64,000 nucleotides of DNA, from assembly GCA_965214405.1 (NCBI GenBank), contig OZ243956.1, forward strand, positions 384,001 to 448,000. Reading direction: 5' to 3'. Of this stretch, positions 58,655 to 64,000 are shown in pieces. Each line of letters opens with the position of its first letter. Within the stretch, counting starts at the first letter, position 1. A program made the position numbers and the translations under genes. The notes below the pieces were generated by a model, which was given only the letters and a program-made list of their open reading frames with translations, had not been told where the DNA came from and did no database searches. The DNA comes from Trueperaceae bacterium (GTDB lineage: Bacteria > Deinococcota > Deinococci > Deinococcales > Trueperaceae).

Positions 58655-60793
58655 ATGAAGTTATCAAGGCGAACCAACAGCATTATTCTCTGGATTATTT
58701 CGGTGGCCCTTTTGGTGGGCATGATCGTCACCTTTACGCCCACGGGCAACCTTTTTGGGCGGACGGCGCAACAAAACGAGGTGCCCGCGCTTTTGGTCAA
58801 CGGCCAGCCGATTAGCGAGCTCGAGGTGGCCAGAGCCGAGCAGAGTAGCCGCCTCTACACGGCGGTGTCCGAAGGCCCGGTGGCCCAGGACCTGCAACTG
58901 CTGCTGCTCGACTCGCTCGTGACCAACGAGGTGTTGAGGCAAGCGGCTGCGGACACGCGCGTGTCGAACGGCGAGGTGCGCGCGGCGGTAAACGAGTTTC
59001 GTGAGCAGAACAATGTGGCGGGCTCCGGCAACGACCAGCGCTATTTGGGGCTCATCGGCAACGCCGGATTTACCGACGCGACCTTTCGAGACTACACAAG
59101 AGAAGGGCTCCGGCAAGAAAAGTATCTGGACGGCGTGACCGGTGAAGTCGAGGTGACCGACGACGAGGTCCGGGCGTTTTACGACGCCAACAGCGACGCT
59201 TACACGACGGAAGCGCGCATCGTGGCTCGAGACGTCGTGCTGCCCAGCCAGGCGCAGGCCGACGACGTTTACGCGCGGCTCCTAGCGGGTGAAGATTTTA
59301 CGACGCTGGCCCAGGCGTTTTCTACCGAACGCGCCGACCAGGCGGGCGCGCTGGGCGCTGCGGCGGGGAGTTCCGACCCCGCGCCCGTGGGCCGCGCGGC
59401 CCTGCCGACCGCGGTCGCCGACGCCGCCTTTGGTTTAGGGGGCGCAGGCTTGACCGAGCCCGTAAGCGCGGGTGAGCGCTTCTACATCGTCCAGGTTGAA
59501 AACTTCATCCCCTCCCAACCCCAATCCTTTGAGGAGGTCCAAGACAGGGTGCGCGAGGACGCGCTGGCGGCCAAAAGAGCGGGGGCGCAGGAGGCGGTTT
59601 TAGAGGCGCTCCGCGCGGAGGCGACCGTCACCATCCCCGAGGGCAGCGCCACCACCTACAGCAACCCCGCCGTCGCCCGCGTCGGCGAGGAGGAGATTCT
59701 GGCCGCCGACTTGAACCGCGCGACCTACACGAACCCGCAGGTACAAAACTTTTTGAGCCCCAACAACGCCCAGCTCATCACCCAATTTTTCAAGCCGAGC
59801 ATTTTGGAAAGCCTCATTAACCAAACGCTGGCGGCGCAGGGGGCGCAGGCCTTGGGCATCTCCCCCATCGGCCCCGAGCCGACGGTCGCCCAGAGCGCAC
59901 TCGCTTACGTGGGCAAAGACGCCACAGTGGACGACGCGGACGTGCAAAGTTATTACGACGAAAATGTGAGCCGTTTTACGCTGCCGCCTCGAGCGGTCGC
60001 CACTCAGGTGACGTTTGACAATCAGGCCGCCGCGAACGCGTTCCGCCAGTCTCTAACAACCCAGGGATTGGCCGAACCAGCCGGGGCGATAACGGGCGGC
60101 GTCACGGGCGGCGCGCCGGAATCACCCATACAAACCGCGGCGAGCGCGGCGGGGGGCACCGTTCAAGACCTAGGCGTGGTGACGCCCGGCACAGGCGGGC
60201 TCATCCCCGACTTAGAGACCGCGCTCTTCGAAAGTACCCTCGCGCCCGTCCCCGGCTCTGTGAGAGGAGTGTCGGACGTTGTGACGACGACCGAAGAAGT
60301 GCCGACGGAACTACCCGCCACGGGCGGCGCAACAGGGGGCACGACAGGAGGCGAGACAGGCGGTACTACGGGCGGCGCTCAAACCGTCACCACCTACACG
60401 GTGCTCCTGGCGACGCGCGCCCCGGAGCGCGTCCAGCCTCTTACGGAGGTGCGTCCTCAAGTCGAGCAAGCAGTGCTCCAACAGAAGCGTCAGGAACTGC
60501 GCGACACCTGGCTGAGCGACCTGCGCGACACGTACCCCGTGACCAACCTCTTGGCCGAAACGACCGCCGGAACCGGAGGCGCGGCGACAGGAGGTGCTGT
60601 GACGGGGGGTGCTGTGACTGGAGGAACCGAAACAGCAGTAGCGACGACAGGCGGCGCTGTAGCAGGTGAAGCCGTAACAGGGGGTGCTGTAACAGGAGGC
60701 GCTGCAACGGGTGGCCTCGAGATCGTAACGGGCGCAGCGGCAACAGGCGGCGTCACCCCCACGCCCGTGACGGGCGGCACCGGGGGGCAGTAA
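58655..60793 (+). CDS. SurA/PpiD/PrsA-like membrane-anchored foldase with TGG-repeat regions
   Basis: N-terminal TM, VNGQPIS, parvulin-like GEDFTTLAQAFS, duplicated halves, (A/V)TGGA repeats. Confidence 0.8.
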   Translation: MKLSRRTNSIILWIISVALLVGMIVTFTPTGNLFGRTAQQNEVPALLVNGQPISELEVARAEQSSRLYTAVSEGPVAQDLQLLLLDSLVTNEVLRQAAADTRVSNGEVRAAVNEFREQNNVAGSGNDQRYLGLIGNAGFTDATFRDYTREGLRQEKYLDGVTGEVEVTDDEVRAFYDANSDAYTTEARIVARDVVLPSQAQADDVYARLLAGEDFTTLAQAFSTERADQAGALGAAAGSSDPAPVGRAALPTAVADAAFGLGGAGLTEPVSAGERFYIVQVENFIPSQPQSFEEVQDRVREDALAAKRAGAQEAVLEALRAEATVTIPEGSATTYSNPAVARVGEEEILAADLNRATYTNPQVQNFLSPNNAQLITQFFKPSILESLINQTLAAQGAQALGISPIGPEPTVAQSALAYVGKDATVDDADVQSYYDENVSRFTLPPRAVATQVTFDNQAAANAFRQSLTTQGLAEPAGAITGGVTGGAPESPIQTAASAAGGTVQDLGVVTPGTGGLIPDLETALFESTLAPVPGSVRGVSDVVTTTEEVPTELPATGGATGGTTGGETGGTTGGAQTVTTYTVLLATRAPERVQPLTEVRPQVEQAVLQQKRQELRDTWLSDLRDTYPVTNLLAETTAGTGGAATGGAVTGGAVTGGTETAVATTGGAVAGEAVTGGAVTGGAATGGLEIVTGAAATGGVTPTPVTGGTGGQ

Positions 60794-60822
60794 GCGACCG
60801 GCTGAATTCAGGTCCGGTAATG

Positions 60823-60851
60823 AGCGGCTCGAGCCTTCTCGAGCCGCTTTT
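60823..60851 (+). terminator. Terminator built from two CTCGAG copies
   Basis: AGCGGCTCGAG-CCTT-CTCGAGCCGCT-TTT. Confidence 0.75.
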
Positions 60852-60868
60852 CTTGATAGATTGGCCTC

Positions 60869-62392
60869 ATGCCAAGGGCTCTTTTAAGCGTATCGGACAA
60901 AACCGGCCTCGCCCCTTTCGCCTTGGGGTTGGTGAACGCGGGCTTCGACCTTCTCTCGACGGGCGGGACTCATGACGCGCTCGAGCGCGCGGGCGTGCTG
61001 GTGGAGCGAGTCGAGGACGTAACCGCATTCCCCGAGATTTTGGAGGGCCGGGTCAAGACGCTGCACCCGCTCATTCACGGCGGCATTCTTGCCAAGCGCA
61101 CAGAAGCGCATTTGGACGAGTTGCGCGCGCACGAGATTACGCCCATCGACTTAGTCGTCTCGAACCTCTACCCTTTTCAGGACACGGTAGCGCGCGGCGC
61201 GTCCGAAGACGAGGTGGTCGAGAACATCGACATCGGCGGCCCTAGCCTGCTCCGCGCGGCGGCCAAAAACTTTGAGGCGGTGCTGGTGGTGTGCGACCCG
61301 GCAGATTATGAAGGGGTGTTAGAAGCCTTACAAACGGGCGTCGAACCCGACTTTCGGCGCAGCTTGGCGCGCAAGGCTTTTGCCCACACCGCCGCCTACG
61401 ACGCGGCCATCGTGGGCTGGTTTGACAAAGAGGTAAAGCTGCCGGATACGCTGCCCGAAACACTGCACCTGAGCCTCGAGCGCGCCCAAGGGCTGCGCTA
61501 CGGCGAGAACCCGCACCAGCAAGCCGCGCGCTACCGTGAGGTGGGCGCGCGCGGCTGCTGGGACGAGGCGGCGCAGCACGGCGGCGCGGCGCTCTCTTAC
61601 CTCAACCTTTTCGACGCGGAGGCCGCCTGGCGGCTCGTCCACGAGTTTGACGCGCCGAGTTGCGTCATCGTCAAGCACGCCAATCCGTGCGGCGTGGCGG
61701 TGGCGGACACGCCCCAAGAGGCTTACACCAGGGCCTTCGCCTGCGACCCCAAATCAGCCTTTGGCGGCGTCGTGACGTTCAACCGTCCTGTGAGTTTGGC
61801 TCTGGCGGAGGCTATTCTGGCAAACCCCAAAGCGGACGTGCTCGTCGCCCCGGCGTTTGAGGAGGGCGCTCTGGAGAGACTGACGAGCAAACGCAAATCC
61901 ACGCGGGTCCTGAGCGCTCCCCCGCCCGGCCTGGCGGGCCTTCAACTGCGGCGGGTGGACGGCGGCTTCTTGGTGGGCGAACCCGACCACGTTTCCTTGG
62001 ACCGGAGCGCCTGGCGCGTCGTGACGGAGCGTGAGCCTAGTCAAGAACAGTGGCGGGACCTCGAGCTGTCCTGGACGGTCTGCGCCTACACGGGCTCCAA
62101 CGCCGTCGTTTTGGTCTCAGACGCTCAGGCAGTAGGCGTCGGCGCGGGGCAACAGAGCCGCGTGGACGCAGGCGAACTCGCCGCGCGCAAGGCGGCGGGG
62201 CGCGCCCAGGGCGGCGCGTGCGCGAGCGACGCTTTTTATCCTTTTCCCGACGGCGTCGAGGTCGCAGCGGCGGCGGGCGTGGGCGCGGTGATTCAACCCG
62301 GCGGGTCCATTCGAGATGATGAAGTGATTCAGGCGGCGAATAAACTTGGTTTGGCGATGGTATTTACAGGGGTGCGTCACTTTAGACACTAA
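60869..62392 (+). CDS. purH: Bifunctional AICAR formyltransferase/IMP cyclohydrolase
   Basis: ALLSVSDK, STGGT, GRVKTLHP, LRYGENPHQ, KHANPCG, RHFRH. Confidence 0.97.
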   Translation: MPRALLSVSDKTGLAPFALGLVNAGFDLLSTGGTHDALERAGVLVERVEDVTAFPEILEGRVKTLHPLIHGGILAKRTEAHLDELRAHEITPIDLVVSNLYPFQDTVARGASEDEVVENIDIGGPSLLRAAAKNFEAVLVVCDPADYEGVLEALQTGVEPDFRRSLARKAFAHTAAYDAAIVGWFDKEVKLPDTLPETLHLSLERAQGLRYGENPHQQAARYREVGARGCWDEAAQHGGAALSYLNLFDAEAAWRLVHEFDAPSCVIVKHANPCGVAVADTPQEAYTRAFACDPKSAFGGVVTFNRPVSLALAEAILANPKADVLVAPAFEEGALERLTSKRKSTRVLSAPPPGLAGLQLRRVDGGFLVGEPDHVSLDRSAWRVVTEREPSQEQWRDLELSWTVCAYTGSNAVVLVSDAQAVGVGAGQQSRVDAGELAARKAAGRAQGGACASDAFYPFPDGVEVAAAAGVGAVIQPGGSIRDDEVIQAANKLGLAMVFTGVRHFRH

Positions 62393-62609
62393 GTTTAGGA
62401 TTTTGGTAAGCACAAGGAGAAAGTGGAAGAGGGGGATGGATAGGTTTGGCTCGAGACTATAATTTTGGCTCGAGCTGCTCAACATAAAGTGCGCTCGCTG
62501 CTCGCAAAAGGTTCAGCAAAAGTAACCCGTCGTTCTTAGAGTAGCACCCCAAAAAGCTCAAAAGTTTGTGGTACTCTGCTTTTCGCATTTTACATTATAT
62601 AGCTAAAGC

Positions 62610-62656
62610 TTACTACCTGTTGCAGGATTCTCAGCCTTGCATACAAGATGTGGTAC
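62610..62656 (+). promoter_or_regulatory. Tandem NrdR boxes
   Basis: Cores CTACCTGTTG (62613) and CAAGATGTGG (62644), 31 bp apart, upstream of the RNR gene. Confidence 0.65.
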
Positions 62657-62809
62657 GTGCTATGCTCCCCCTCTGGGTTCAAATCTTCGTATAAACACCT
62701 TGATTATTTTGAGTGATTTGTGTAAGATGTGAGTTATAAGTGTAATAAGTAGACAACAGCAAGCTGGCCCCAATCCTGAGATGTACCCATCACCCCCGGA
62801 GGTTCAACC

Positions 62810-64000
62810 GTGAAAGAATCCGTGACGCCCGCATCCTTTGACGAACACGCGGTGGCGATTGCCAAGCGGCAGTATTTTGGGCCGGGGGACGGTGACCTCC
62901 TGGGCATGTTTCGCCGCGTGGCCGCCTGGGTGGCCTCGCCCGAAGCGGGGGAAGCCAGAGAAGCGTATGAGGAGAAGTTTTACGACCTCATGGCGAGCAA
63001 GCGCTTCTGTCCCGGAGGCCGGGTCTTGGCGGGCGCGGCCACGAACCACGGCAACGTCCTCAACTGTTTTGTCCAGGACGGCTCTCCCGAAGAGGCGGGC
63101 ACCGACGCGTGGGTGCTCAGCCTAGCGACCAAACTCGCGCTGGTCACCAAGGTGGGCGGCGGCAACGGCTTGTGCTTAGACCCGCTCCCGCCCAAGCGCG
63201 CCTACCGGGGTCCGGCTGGCAAACTCTACCTGACGATTTCGCCGAGCCACCCCGACTACGACAAGGTCAAGACGGGCACCTATCTGGACCTCGTTCACGG
63301 CAAATATGCGACCAAGGGCTACCGCGTCGCGGCCTTTGTCGAGGAGAGCGACGCGCCGATGGTGGCGATTAAAGCTGTTGAGGTCGGCGACTCGGTCGAG
63401 AGCATCTGGAAGCGCGGCGGCGAAACCATCCTCAAGCTCTTGCGCGGCGAAGACGTGCTCTTAGACCTTTCGCGGCTCCGCCCGGAGGGCACGCCGGTCA
63501 AGGGGTCGGGGGGGAGTAGCAGCGGCCCCTCGTCGTTCGCGGTCGAGGTCTTTGACAACTTCGCGCTCTGGGCGTCTCTGGGCGGCGCGGCCTACGCGGG
63601 ACCCGTGGCGACGCTGCGTTATATATTTTCGCCCACGCTGAGGGTGATAAGGCAGGGCGGCTGTCTTCACCCCGACACGCTGGTCAACACGAGCAAAGGG
63701 ACGTTGCGCCTCAAAGAACTGGTTGACGCTTACCAGTACGGTTGGCAAGACCACGCGCTCAAAGTGGCAACCGACGAAGGCTGGCGAGACAGCCCGAGAG
63801 GCTTCAACAACGGCAACGCACTCACGCTCAAAGTCATCCTGGCGAACGGTGGAGAGATTCAGGGAACACCGAACCATAAGTTGAAGGTGATGCGTGAGGA
63901 CGGTTCGCGTGAGTGGGTCGCGCTGCAAGACCTTGAAAAGGGTGACCACGTCATCCAGGTGCTCGACCAGCACACGGGTGCGCCCGTCACTCTGACGCCT
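62810..64000 (+). CDS. nrdJ: Class II (B12-dependent) ribonucleotide reductase, intein-containing, partial
   Basis: Own translation from GTG 62810 (GGAGG RBS): IAKRQY, FCPGGRVLAGA, NVLNCFV, TKVGGGNG, LRPEGTPVKGSGGSSSGP, RVIRQGG. Confidence 0.9.
   Translation, partial: MKESVTPASFDEHAVAIAKRQYFGPGDGDLLGMFRRVAAWVASPEAGEAREAYEEKFYDLMASKRFCPGGRVLAGAATNHGNVLNCFVQDGSPEEAGTDAWVLSLATKLALVTKVGGGNGLCLDPLPPKRAYRGPAGKLYLTISPSHPDYDKVKTGTYLDLVHGKYATKGYRVAAFVEESDAPMVAIKAVEVGDSVESIWKRGGETILKLLRGEDVLLDLSRLRPEGTPVKGSGGSSSGPSSFAVEVFDNFALWASLGGAAYAGPVATLRYIFSPTLRVIRQGGCLHPDTLVNTSKGTLRLKELVDAYQYGWQDHALKVATDEGWRDSPRGFNNGNALTLKVILANGGEIQGTPNHKLKVMREDGSREWVALQDLEKGDHVIQVLDQHTGAPVTLTP
63662..64000 (+). other. Intein N-terminal region inside nrdJ
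   Basis: After QGG the frame reads CLHPDTLVNT (block A) and GTPNHKL (block B, TxxH). Confidence 0.9.

Noticed and set aside
1..64000. CRISPR array, rRNA or prophage
   Set aside because: No regularly spaced repeat-spacer units, cas genes, rRNA-like stretches or phage structural genes seen.

Overview
This is a GC-rich chromosomal window, most consistent with a Deinococcota (Trueperaceae-like) bacterium; that placement is inferred from the Deinococcus-type NrdJ, gene content and widespread leaderless starts. The backbone is housekeeping: PilT-like ATPase, two cyclophilins, ZnuACB, rnj-pnp-rpsO, trmH, lipBA, ppa/hppA/fluC, pdxST, PBP1A, kynA-kynU, a polyol ABC operon with LacI regulator, a SurA/PpiD-like foldase, purH, an intein-containing class II RNR, and three tRNAs (Pro-GGG, Leu-GAG, Arg-CCG). 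Accessory elements include a low-GC HEPN-motif gene behind mazEF and Uma2, a 5'-truncated tartrate dehydratase-like gene next to a folded inverted-repeat element, an ISLre2/ISKra4-like IS with a 9-bp target duplication, and an IS5 element overlapping the 3' end of a Mrr-like nuclease. The best novelty candidates are (1) a 46-aa secreted peptide with a duplicated GFTVST motif beside an unknown 91-aa protein and a cupin-HD-GYP phosphodiesterase, (2) strong HIP-like over-representation of CTCGAG, and (3) the orphan HEPN-motif protein. All calls come from reading the sequence and recalling family motifs; no database search was run.
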